Below are positions 6,976 through 14,698 of a stretch of DNA of 32,561 nucleotides, piece after piece. A program made the translations under genes and the position numbers. Each line of letters starts with the position of its first letter. Position 1 is the stretch's first letter. Under the pieces are notes generated by a model that worked only from the letters and a program-made list of their open reading frames with translations, had not been told where the DNA came from and made no database searches. This stretch comes from a virus, in the IMG/VR virus record IMGVR_UViG_3300001199_000027, positions 1-32,561 of that record, one strand, 5' to 3'.

Positions 6976-8745
6976 ATGGACTCACGTACTCTACAGATCG
7001 TCCTTCAGCTAAAAGACCAGGCATCCGCCGGGTTTAAAAAGCTGAATGACTCACTGAAGCAAAACGAGGCGACGATCAAGGGCGTGGGCGTAGCATCCGC
7101 AGCAGTATTTGCGGGCCTCGGCGCGATCGCGGCGAAGTCGATCTCCGACTATGGGGATGCAGAAAAATCGGCGAAGCAGCTCGAGCATGCCGTGATCGAT
7201 GTTTCACATGCAACACAGGCGCAGCTCGCAGCGACGTCTGATCTCGCTGACGCCCTCGAGCGGAAGGGCGTGCTCGATGGAGACAATATCAAGATGGGCC
7301 TCGCGCAGCTCTCTACCTTCGGCCTCTCGAATACGGCCGTCCAGGGCCTCGCAGGATCTCTCGCGGACCTTGCCGTGAACCAGTTCGGCGTGAATGCCTC
7401 CGGAGAGCAGCTCTCTGATACGGCCAACATGATTGCCAAAGCGCTGAATGGGCAGTTCGGCGTGCTCGAGAAGAGCGGTATCCGCTTCAACGAAGCGCAG
7501 CGGCATATGATAATGTTCGGCACCGAGATGGAGAAGGTGAAAGCGATCAATGAAGGTTTCTCGCAAAACCTGAAGTACACGAATGACGTCGCCCTCACCA
7601 CGATGGAAGGCAAGCTCGCGAAGGCGAAGGTGCAGCTCGGCAACATTTCCGAGGCACTCGGCGGATCGCTGCAGGAGGCACTGAACTCGACGCTCGTCGT
7701 GCTCGCCCCATTCATTCAGAAGCTCCTGGATTTCGTCACGGCGCACCCGAAGATCGTCGCGGCGATATTCGGTATCGTTGCTGCAGTCACCGGCCTGACC
7801 GCCGTCGTCTCTGCGCTTGCTCTGGCAACAGTCGCATTCACAGCAGTCGCTTGGCCGATCGTCGGAATCATTGCTCTCATTGTTGCCGGCATCATCGCTC
7901 TCGTTGCGATCGGATACGAACTGTATACGCACTGGGACCAGATCAAGGCATTCGCCATCGAGGTCTGGGGATCCATCGCGAACGTATTCACGGAGACCTG
8001 GGCATCGATCTCCGGGACCGTTAGCGGCGCACTGGATGCGATCTTCCAGGTATTCCAGACCGTCTTTAATGCGATCGCGACATTCGTCGGATTCATTATT
8101 AACTTTATAGCGGGAGCGATCATCACGGATCTCGATGCGCTCTTCCCGCACTGGCAGGAGTTTCTCCTGTCCCTATACGACGCCTGGGTAGCGGCGTGGA
8201 TGTCCGTGCTCACATACATCTCAAACGTGGTGCTGCCGGCAATACGCGCGGTCCTAGCATCCATTTCCGAGGCGTGGAGTAGCGCATGGGGAGCGATCAG
8301 CCAGTTCTTCACCGGCGTGTGGAACTCGATAAAGACCACGATCGGCGGCGCGATCGATTACATCATCGACAAGATCAATAGCCTCATTGCGAAGGCGGCC
8401 GAGATCTCCGGAAAGGTCCTCTCTCCGATCCAGAAAGCGCTCTCTGCAGCAGGAGGTGCTACCTCTTCGGCCGGCAAGGCAGTAGGGTCCGCGATCAATG
8501 CCGTCGCAGCGACCGGCGCGAAGGTCACGAAAGTGAACGATGCAGTGATCACTCCGAACGGCCAGGTGATCCAGACGCATCCGGACGATTACCTTTTCGC
8601 GACGAAGACACCGGGCAGCATGGGAGGAGGCAGCGTGATCGTGCAGATCATGGGCGGATACTATCTCGATCAGGGCGCAGCGACAGAGATCGGCAATGCG
8701 CTCGCGAAACAGATCGGGCAGCAGCTCAAGCTAAGGACGATCTAG
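6976..8745 (+). CDS. Tape measure protein
   Basis: 589 aa, the largest tail-module ORF. The N-terminal half is helical and Ala/Leu/Gln-rich. A long hydrophobic central stretch (AAIFGIVAAVTGLTAVVSALALATVAFTAVAWPIVGIIALIVAGIIALVAIG) follows. It sits right after the G/GT pair. Confidence 0.85.
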   Translation: MDSRTLQIVLQLKDQASAGFKKLNDSLKQNEATIKGVGVASAAVFAGLGAIAAKSISDYGDAEKSAKQLEHAVIDVSHATQAQLAATSDLADALERKGVLDGDNIKMGLAQLSTFGLSNTAVQGLAGSLADLAVNQFGVNASGEQLSDTANMIAKALNGQFGVLEKSGIRFNEAQRHMIMFGTEMEKVKAINEGFSQNLKYTNDVALTTMEGKLAKAKVQLGNISEALGGSLQEALNSTLVVLAPFIQKLLDFVTAHPKIVAAIFGIVAAVTGLTAVVSALALATVAFTAVAWPIVGIIALIVAGIIALVAIGYELYTHWDQIKAFAIEVWGSIANVFTETWASISGTVSGALDAIFQVFQTVFNAIATFVGFIINFIAGAIITDLDALFPHWQEFLLSLYDAWVAAWMSVLTYISNVVLPAIRAVLASISEAWSSAWGAISQFFTGVWNSIKTTIGGAIDYIIDKINSLIAKAAEISGKVLSPIQKALSAAGGATSSAGKAVGSAINAVAATGAKVTKVNDAVITPNGQVIQTHPDDYLFATKTPGSMGGGSVIVQIMGGYYLDQGAATEIGNALAKQIGQQLKLRTI

Positions 8746-8746
8746 T

Positions 8747-10201
8747 ATGGCGATCCAGGTAAAGCACACCCCGGTGGGCGGATCCCAAGCGACCATCACC
8801 GGCTCCATAGATTTCCCGTCTCTACGCATCATCTTCGTCGCAACGAAAGAAGTCTCTCGCCTGAACTTCGACGTCATGAAGGCAACGGGAAACACCATCC
8901 CGAACGTAGGCGATGCGATCGATATATACGAGGATCAGTCCTCCGGGAACGTGCACATATTCGGCGGCACCATCACGGAGCGGAATCTCTCGATCGATGG
9001 CGGCATCCTCGGCCGGTACACGTACACGGTGATCGATGGCAGCTATAAGTTTGATTCGCGCGCGGTAGTGAAGAGCTATGCGGGTATGGATCCAGGAGCG
9101 ATCGTACTGGACATCATCGCGAACTTCACGACCGGATTCACCGGCACGAATGTGAACCTTGCCGGCTTCAATATGCCTTCGATCTCATTCAGCTATCAGC
9201 CGCCGACTAAATGCCTGCAGAAGATCGCGAATATGATCGGCTGGGACTGGTACATCGATGCGAACTTCGACGTGCATTTCTTCAGCTCGGAGACGCGCCC
9301 GGCACCATTTGCGATCACTGATACGTCCGGAACCCTGGACTGGAAGACGCTCGAGCTCGATGCCTCGATCCAGAACATGAAAAATAGCGTGTACGTGATC
9401 GGCGGGAACTATCGCCGCACGTATACCGCGATCACCACGCCGGACACGTATACCTCGGTCGCGGGTACGCTGATCTATCCGCTCGCCTATTCCTATGATC
9501 CGACGACGATACAGGTCACGCTTGGTGGAGTCGCGCAGACGATCGGTATCGATCAGCAGGATAATCCGCTTTCATACAACGTGCTCTATAACCCAGGCCA
9601 GGGCGGCGTGGGCGCCTTTCTGCGCTGGACCACGGATCCCGGAGCGGCTCATACGATCAAAGCCTTCGGAGATGCGCAGATCCCGGTCCTCGGGCATGCC
9701 TTTAATCCCTCTTCAATTACCGCCTACGGCGAGTTTCAGGACTCTATCGTAGATCGGCTCATCACGACCGTCGCAGAGGCGCAGAAGCGCGCACAGGCGG
9801 AAATAGCGATATACGGGGACCCGGAATACTCCGTTTCTTTCAGGACGAGCGAGACGGGCCTCACGGTGGGCCAAAATATCACGATCAACTCGACGCTCAT
9901 GGGGATCTCCGGATCCTTCACGATCAAGCGCATCACCGGAAAACTTCGCTCACCTACCGCATTCGATTACACCGTCGAGGCACGCGCAACCGAGGACGTT
10001 TCCTTCATCGATATCATGACATTGCTGCTCGAGCAGGAGCTCAATGCGAATCAGGTCGATCCATCGACGGTCCTCGAGGTCCTCATCGTGGTACAGGAAG
10101 CACTCACAGTCGGAGACTCCGCCGCGATCAGCACCACGACAGGTCCGTATGTGTACGGTGGCACAACAGCAAAGTGGGGATTCAGCACATGGGGTCCTTA
10201 G
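8747..10201 (+). CDS. Minor tail protein (distal tail / tip hub-like)
   Basis: 484 aa, immediately after the tape measure. The segment ...PTKCLQKIANMIGWDWYIDANFDVHFF... resembles tail tip and baseplate hub proteins. Confidence 0.6.
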   Translation: MAIQVKHTPVGGSQATITGSIDFPSLRIIFVATKEVSRLNFDVMKATGNTIPNVGDAIDIYEDQSSGNVHIFGGTITERNLSIDGGILGRYTYTVIDGSYKFDSRAVVKSYAGMDPGAIVLDIIANFTTGFTGTNVNLAGFNMPSISFSYQPPTKCLQKIANMIGWDWYIDANFDVHFFSSETRPAPFAITDTSGTLDWKTLELDASIQNMKNSVYVIGGNYRRTYTAITTPDTYTSVAGTLIYPLAYSYDPTTIQVTLGGVAQTIGIDQQDNPLSYNVLYNPGQGGVGAFLRWTTDPGAAHTIKAFGDAQIPVLGHAFNPSSITAYGEFQDSIVDRLITTVAEAQKRAQAEIAIYGDPEYSVSFRTSETGLTVGQNITINSTLMGISGSFTIKRITGKLRSPTAFDYTVEARATEDVSFIDIMTLLLEQELNANQVDPSTVLEVLIVVQEALTVGDSAAISTTTGPYVYGGTTAKWGFSTWGP

Positions 10202-10222
10202 CGTAAATGCTACGATATATTT

Positions 10223-10870
10223 ATGCAGCACCGCATCTCCACACCCGATCTCCTCGAACCGAAGGGTATGATCCGTCTCAAGACGTACCGCGCCGGTACG
10301 ATCGATGCCATGATGCCGCATCTACTACTCGCGCGTCGGCTTCGTCATGCGGCCGGTGACGGCCAGGGAATCATCCGCTCAAAGATGATGGAGCGCGTTA
10401 TTGCAGCCGATGCTCTCGTGAAGCAGATCCTCGAGGAAGGATTCATCGAGACTGCCGTCGAATGCCCGAACCTGATCATGCAGGGAGCGCTCACAGGAAA
10501 GGATCTCTTCGTTCAGTATCTCTGCGCGACAGGTCTCGTCGGTGCGACCATCTATCCAGGAGGCATTAACTATGCGGGAATCGGATCCGGATCTACCGCT
10601 CCGACCGTTTCCGACACGCAGCTTCAGACCGAGGTGGTCCGCGTCGCGATCGCGAATGCCATCGACTTCGGATATAACCAGGCGCAGCTTCAGTTCTTTT
10701 TCACTGACGCTCTGCTTGCGAATGGCACTTACCGCGAGGTGGGCACATTCATGAATGCGACAGGCACAGCGAACTCCGGGAAAATCTTCAACCGATCGCT
10801 CCTCGGCACGCCGTACGTGAAGACGACCGGCATCGATACGACGCTCGAGGTCGATATAACTCTCACTTAA
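10223..10870 (+). CDS. Tail tip/fiber-associated protein. Its C-terminal domain is paralogous to that of 27103..27735.
   Basis: 215 aa (an alternative start exists at 10268). The C-terminal motif IGSGSTAPTVSDTQLQTEV ... EVGTFMNAT ... TLEVDITLT is shared with the 27103 ORF. Confidence 0.6.
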   Translation: MQHRISTPDLLEPKGMIRLKTYRAGTIDAMMPHLLLARRLRHAAGDGQGIIRSKMMERVIAADALVKQILEEGFIETAVECPNLIMQGALTGKDLFVQYLCATGLVGATIYPGGINYAGIGSGSTAPTVSDTQLQTEVVRVAIANAIDFGYNQAQLQFFFTDALLANGTYREVGTFMNATGTANSGKIFNRSLLGTPYVKTTGIDTTLEVDITLT

Positions 10871-10872
10871 TT

Positions 10873-11910
10873 ATGGCCATCGTAAACGGGCAGCAGATCA
10901 GTGACTCGGATTTCATCGCAACTCCATCAGGAGCCAGCGATAGCGGAAAGGTGGCCAAGCTCAATGCCTCCGGCGTTATACATTCTGGATTTATCAAAGG
11001 ATTCGGCGGTACCGGAGCCGATGGTGCGCTAACTGTTTCATCAGGCACCACTACACTCGACCTAGCAAATGCGCGGTTTTATATAAAGAACTACACCAGC
11101 ATTAGCATCACTGGTACCGGAAAAGTCGCTTTCATTAACCCGCGTGCGAACGGTTCGACGATCATGTTTAGATCGCGCGGAAACGTCACGCTCACATCTT
11201 CCCAGACACCGATGATAGATGTTTCGGGACTCGGGACTCCTGGTGGTGGTGGTACAAGTGTTTCAGGATCAGGTTCCTCAACTAACAGCGGCGGTAGCGG
11301 CACTAACGGCCAGTCGTATGCAGATTTCGATACTATCGCTGGCGCAGGAGCGATCAGCTTCAATGCGGGCGTTGACGGAGTAGTTCCGAGCTCGTATTCC
11401 TTTCACGCATACCTTTCTGATAACTCTCTACCACTCTCGACATTGCTACCGTTCGAGAGATATGGAAGGCGTCTATGGACTGGTACCGGCGCTGGTGGAG
11501 GAAGCTCATATAACAACTCGGGATCGACACACCCACACACCGCTGGTACGGGCGGTACCGGCGGCGGTAGTCTCATTATTGAATGTGCGGGAGCGTGGAA
11601 TTTCACGACAGCAAACGGTATTTCAGTCGCCGGTACGAATGGTACTGCCGCTACCGGCGACGTTGGTGGTACTAACCATGGTGCCGGAGGTGGAGGAGGT
11701 GGAGCTGCAGGATTTTTCCTTGCCGTGTATGAAACACTAACTGCAAATACTGGTACCGTCACGACCACAGGCGGCTCGCCGGGCGCGAGCAGTGCGGGTA
11801 CAGGAAACTTTAATCGTGGTGGCGGTGGCGGCAACGGAGTAAATGCCGGATCTGGTGGAACCGGGGCAACAGGACTTGCAACCGTAATGGCAAATGCCGA
11901 ATTCGCATAA
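10873..11910 (+). CDS. Glycine-rich tail fiber protein
   Basis: The N-terminus ISDSDFIATPSGASDSGKVAKLNASGVIHSGFI is a typical fiber attachment motif. The remainder is Gly/Thr/Ser-rich with GGGG runs. Confidence 0.65.
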   Translation: MAIVNGQQISDSDFIATPSGASDSGKVAKLNASGVIHSGFIKGFGGTGADGALTVSSGTTTLDLANARFYIKNYTSISITGTGKVAFINPRANGSTIMFRSRGNVTLTSSQTPMIDVSGLGTPGGGGTSVSGSGSSTNSGGSGTNGQSYADFDTIAGAGAISFNAGVDGVVPSSYSFHAYLSDNSLPLSTLLPFERYGRRLWTGTGAGGGSSYNNSGSTHPHTAGTGGTGGGSLIIECAGAWNFTTANGISVAGTNGTAATGDVGGTNHGAGGGGGGAAGFFLAVYETLTANTGTVTTTGGSPGASSAGTGNFNRGGGGGNGVNAGSGGTGATGLATVMANAEFA

Positions 11911-11919
11911 TGAAATACT

Positions 11920-12111
11920 ATGGATGAAAATATACAAACACCCGAAGAGCAGGCTCCAGATAAAATCGTGGAGTTGATATGCACTGCAGCAGGATGCAAT
12001 ACAAAGGTGGGGGAGATCGCTTTTCCAGCAGATCACCCTATTGATCCTGAAAATGTTAGCCATCTGGATCTGGGTTTCGCTGACGTACGGTGCGAGGAGC
12101 ACCCTTCATAG
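11920..12111 (+). CDS. Hypothetical small Cys-containing protein
   Basis: 63-aa ORF between the fiber gene and the lysis genes (CTAAGC ... CEEH). Confidence 0.5.
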   Translation: MDENIQTPEEQAPDKIVELICTAAGCNTKVGEIAFPADHPIDPENVSHLDLGFADVRCEEHPS

Positions 12112-12119
12112 GAAACACC

Positions 12120-12491
12120 ATGGACCCGGACCAGACTAGACACATGCTCCCGCAAAGCGATCACGATGCGATCGTACGACTCGGCACCATCACGGACCGA
12201 GCGATCACTGATATCCGAGATCTGCACTCGGGCCTTTCGAGTATCGAGAAGAGTATCGATAACCTGACGCTGAATCTCGATGCCAAGATCGCTGCAGCCG
12301 TATCCTCTAAGATCGAACGATCGGAAGTCGCGGAGTGGCGCAAGCTGGGAGAAGAAGAGCATAAGAAGCTCTGGGACGCACACGCAATAATGGAAAAGAA
12401 AGTCGACTGGCTCACTAAACTCGCATACGGAGGGCTCGGTATCATCGGCTTCGTGCAGCTCCTCGTCTCCACAGGTGTATTCGGAGGGTAA
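12120..12491 (+). CDS. Lysis-associated membrane protein, XhlA-like architecture (coiled coil plus C-terminal TM anchor)
   Basis: ATG 12120 is in frame with track ORF 12090. The N-terminal part is helical (IRDLHSGLSSIEKSIDNLTLNLDAKI...) and there is one C-terminal hydrophobic helix (LAYGGLGIIGFVQLLVSTGVFGG). The gene is directly upstream of the endolysin. Confidence 0.5.
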   Translation: MDPDQTRHMLPQSDHDAIVRLGTITDRAITDIRDLHSGLSSIEKSIDNLTLNLDAKIAAAVSSKIERSEVAEWRKLGEEEHKKLWDAHAIMEKKVDWLTKLAYGGLGIIGFVQLLVSTGVFGG

Positions 12492-12515
12492 AATTCTCGG
12501 TGCTATCATCGAGAG

Positions 12516-13562
12516 ATGAACCCTATCGACATACTTGGCGTACATCCTTCAGGCGCTCACGCCCGCGCATTTGATGAAAGAGACTATGGACTCGGATCAC
12601 CCGAGATCGGCCAGGCAATAGAACCGTTCAACTGGAAAGAGGGATACGACATCGAGAAGGATCTCGATTTCATTCTCCCTACGAAGGATCAGGGCTCTGC
12701 CGGATCCTGCGGAGGAGAGACGATCTCCGAATACGCACAAACGATCACTTCAGCATTCCTGCATGAGACGAGCGAGAAGAGCGCGAAGGCGCACTATTCA
12801 CAGGTCTTCGTTCCCGGAGGCGGATCTAACTCTCGTGCACTCGGCGATGTGTGCGTGAAGCAAGGTTTTTATAAAGAAGCTCTGGTCCCTTCCTACCCGA
12901 AGCCAGGCGTACCGCCTACCGAGGCGTTCATGGAGCGCGCAGCAGACATCAGCGCAGCAGCTCGAGCTGACGCAGCAAAGACGGCCGGCCTCGTCGCATA
13001 CGTGTACCCGGCGATCAACATCGATGTGATGGCCGCAGCGATGAAGGCGAACAAGGGCATACTGATCGGCATTCACGGATCGAATAACGGCACCTGGCTC
13101 TCCTCACATCCTTCGCCGAAGCAGGTCGGAGATTTCTGGGCGCATTTCATGTTCGGCGGAAAGGCCGGCATCGTAAAAGGGAAGAAGGGTATCTGGGCAA
13201 AGCAGTCCTGGGGAGCTGACTGCGCTCCGGATACGAACGGCTGGCAGTTCATCAGCGAGGATCATTTCACTGCAGGAAGGATCTGGGATGCGATGGTCCT
13301 GGTATACAGCGAGAAGCCAGTCAAACCTCATCACGTCTTCAGTGTGGATATTGCATACGGCCAGACGAGCGAGGAAGTCGCAGCGCTGCAGAACACACTC
13401 GCAGCGGACGGTTGCTTCAACCTCGCACCGACCGGATACTACGGCGACATCACGGCGCAAGCGGTTCTGAAGTTCCGCGTGAAGCACGGCGTCGATTCCT
13501 CAACGGATCCGAAAGGCCGCATCGTAGGACCGCGCACGCGCTCCGCTCTGAATGCGCTCTAA
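12516..13562 (+). CDS. Endolysin: papain-like (C1-type) cysteine peptidase domain plus a C-terminal PG_binding_1 domain
   Basis: DQGSAGSCGG (Cys codon at 12708..12710), then AHFMFGG...GKKGIWAKQSWG, which is like papain H...GxxYWxxKNSWG. The C-terminus EEVAALQNTLAADGCFNLAPTGYYGDITAQAVLKFRVKHGV is a classic peptidoglycan-binding repeat. Confidence 0.8.
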   Translation: MNPIDILGVHPSGAHARAFDERDYGLGSPEIGQAIEPFNWKEGYDIEKDLDFILPTKDQGSAGSCGGETISEYAQTITSAFLHETSEKSAKAHYSQVFVPGGGSNSRALGDVCVKQGFYKEALVPSYPKPGVPPTEAFMERAADISAAARADAAKTAGLVAYVYPAINIDVMAAAMKANKGILIGIHGSNNGTWLSSHPSPKQVGDFWAHFMFGGKAGIVKGKKGIWAKQSWGADCAPDTNGWQFISEDHFTAGRIWDAMVLVYSEKPVKPHHVFSVDIAYGQTSEEVAALQNTLAADGCFNLAPTGYYGDITAQAVLKFRVKHGVDSSTDPKGRIVGPRTRSALNAL

Positions 13563-13899
13563 GTGGATAACCTGGGGACAAGTGATTCAGAAGTGCGATG
13601 ATATATACATGAAAACCATAAACCGCGCACTCAACTGGATACTGCTTTCCTCGAAGCACCCGATGGAGGCTTCACTCACTGCAAAGGGCGTCGTGGTCAT
13701 GTACATCCCGCTAGTAATAACGCTCCTCGGCCTCACAAACCTGAATATCGATGGCAGCGCAGTGAATCAGATCGTCGACGCGACATTTAATCTACTTAAT
13801 GCTATCCTCACGCTCGTCGGTCTAGCGATCACGCTCGTCGGCTTGATCCGGAAGACCTGGCTCACTGCCACTGGAAAAAGCGTGAACACGACAATTTAG
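13552..13899 (+). CDS. Putative holin (two TM helices)
   Basis: Hydrophobic helices VVVMYIPLVITLLGL and LLNAILTLVGLAITLVGLI with a basic C-terminus. The gene is adjacent to the endolysin. An alternative ATG exists at 13609. Confidence 0.55.
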   Translation: MRSKWITWGQVIQKCDDIYMKTINRALNWILLSSKHPMEASLTAKGVVVMYIPLVITLLGLTNLNIDGSAVNQIVDATFNLLNAILTLVGLAITLVGLIRKTWLTATGKSVNTTI

Positions 13900-14070
13900 G
13901 TGCTATCGTTAATTTAGATCATTCATCGGGAGGAAGAGATGGCTAAGAAAACGCATCGCCGCAAGGTGAAGCAAGCGCTCCGGCAACTCGTGATCTGTTC
14001 AAATCTAGCCAGAAAGTGAGGTGATCCATATCTACCTGCGCACCGGCTACCAGCCCGCGCTGGGCATATG

Positions 14071-14101
14071 AAAGGGGAGGGACAAATTGTCCCTCCCCTT
14101 T
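14071..14101. terminator. Bidirectional intrinsic terminator between convergent transcription units
   Basis: A perfect 13-bp stem aaaggggagggac / gtccctccccttt with loop aaatt, flanked by an A-tract and a T-tract. It lies between the end of the late operon and the stop codon of the minus-strand gene. Confidence 0.75.
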
Positions 14102-14319
14102 TACTTTGCTGCCTGCCTGCGTGCTCGATCTCGTTCGCGACGGAGAGCTTTCTTTTCCTCGAGCCTGGCCTCTTCGGCCCGGACCTTATCCCAGCGGGAT
14201 CTGGCGGCTGCGCTGCAGAATGCGCTCCATTGCTTTTTCGTCATTTTCTTCCGGGAAGCAATGCCGCCCATCTTTCCGAGGACCTGCGCCTTGTTCTTTA
14301 CATTCGTGATCATGACCAT
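14101..14319 (-). CDS. Small, highly basic protein, the only minus-strand gene. Possible DNA-binding regulator.
   Basis: 72 aa: ...LGKMGGIASRKKMTKKQWSAFCSAAARSRWDKVRAEEARLEEKKALRRERDRARRQAAK. It is divergent from the early operon and ends at the terminator hairpin. Confidence 0.55.
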   Translation of the reverse strand: MVMITNVKNKAQVLGKMGGIASRKKMTKKQWSAFCSAAARSRWDKVRAEEARLEEKKALRRERDRARRQAAK

Positions 14320-14336
14320 GAGTCTACCACGGGAAT

Positions 14337-14411
14337 TACCGACCGCTCGGAACCTTATCCACAGCTAGAAAATACCGACCGCTCGGCATGATGATACAGT
14401 GAAGCGGTCGG
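14337..14411. promoter_or_regulatory. Divergent control region: two direct copies of TACCGACCGCTCGG, one inverted half-site, and a perfect TTATCCACA box
   Basis: TACCGACCGCTCGG at 14337..14350 and 14373..14386. TTATCCACA at 14355..14363. Inverted arms CCGACCGCT 14375..14383 and AGCGGTCGG 14403..14411. TGATACAGT (extended -10-like) at 14392..14400. Confidence 0.5.
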
Positions 14412-14454
14412 GCGTTAGTCGCAGCCAGAAGCGACGAGTAAACAAACAAATACC

Positions 14455-14655
14455 ATGCAAATAGTAGACCCTCATGTATTGAACCGGATCCAGCTCATAG
14501 AGCGGCTCCGGTCTTTTGTGTCTCCCCGGAGATACCAGATGGTCACTCGATCCTATTCCACGGCGATGCTGCGAGCACTCCTCGCATTCCATCAGTCCGC
14601 GGAGACCGATCGCATCGTCCCCGGTCTCGGGAATAAGGAAGTCTGGTCATACTAG
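14455..14655 (+). CDS. Hypothetical early protein
   Basis: 66-aa ORF, the first gene after the control region, preceded by the AAACAAACAAA leader (14440..14450). Confidence 0.5.
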   Translation: MQIVDPHVLNRIQLIERLRSFVSPRRYQMVTRSYSTAMLRALLAFHQSAETDRIVPGLGNKEVWSY

Positions 14656-14698
14656 GCTCTCGTGCCCGTGCGCATCTATTCACTAGCAAACAAACAAA

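Noticed and set aside
7204-8151. 315-aa minus-strand ORF, with further antisense ORFs at 5647..6426, 7716..8339, 19833..20498, 23043..23705, 24284..24961 and 26848..27513
   Set aside because: All overlap strong plus-strand genes (tape measure, major tail, RusA region, terminase, portal and others). They would break the otherwise uniform one-strand, tightly packed architecture.
11403-11999. 198-aa Pro-rich minus-strand ORF
   Set aside because: It is the reverse complement of the Gly-rich fiber gene (GGN codons read as NCC Pro codons), so it is a compositional artefact.
13900-14454. tRNA, integrase attachment site or lysogeny module in the largest non-coding stretch
   Set aside because: I could find no cloverleaf-compatible sequence (no GTTCGAATC-like T-arm). 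There is no integrase, excisionase or recombinase ORF anywhere in the genome. The region is better explained by a terminator, one small gene and operator-like repeats.
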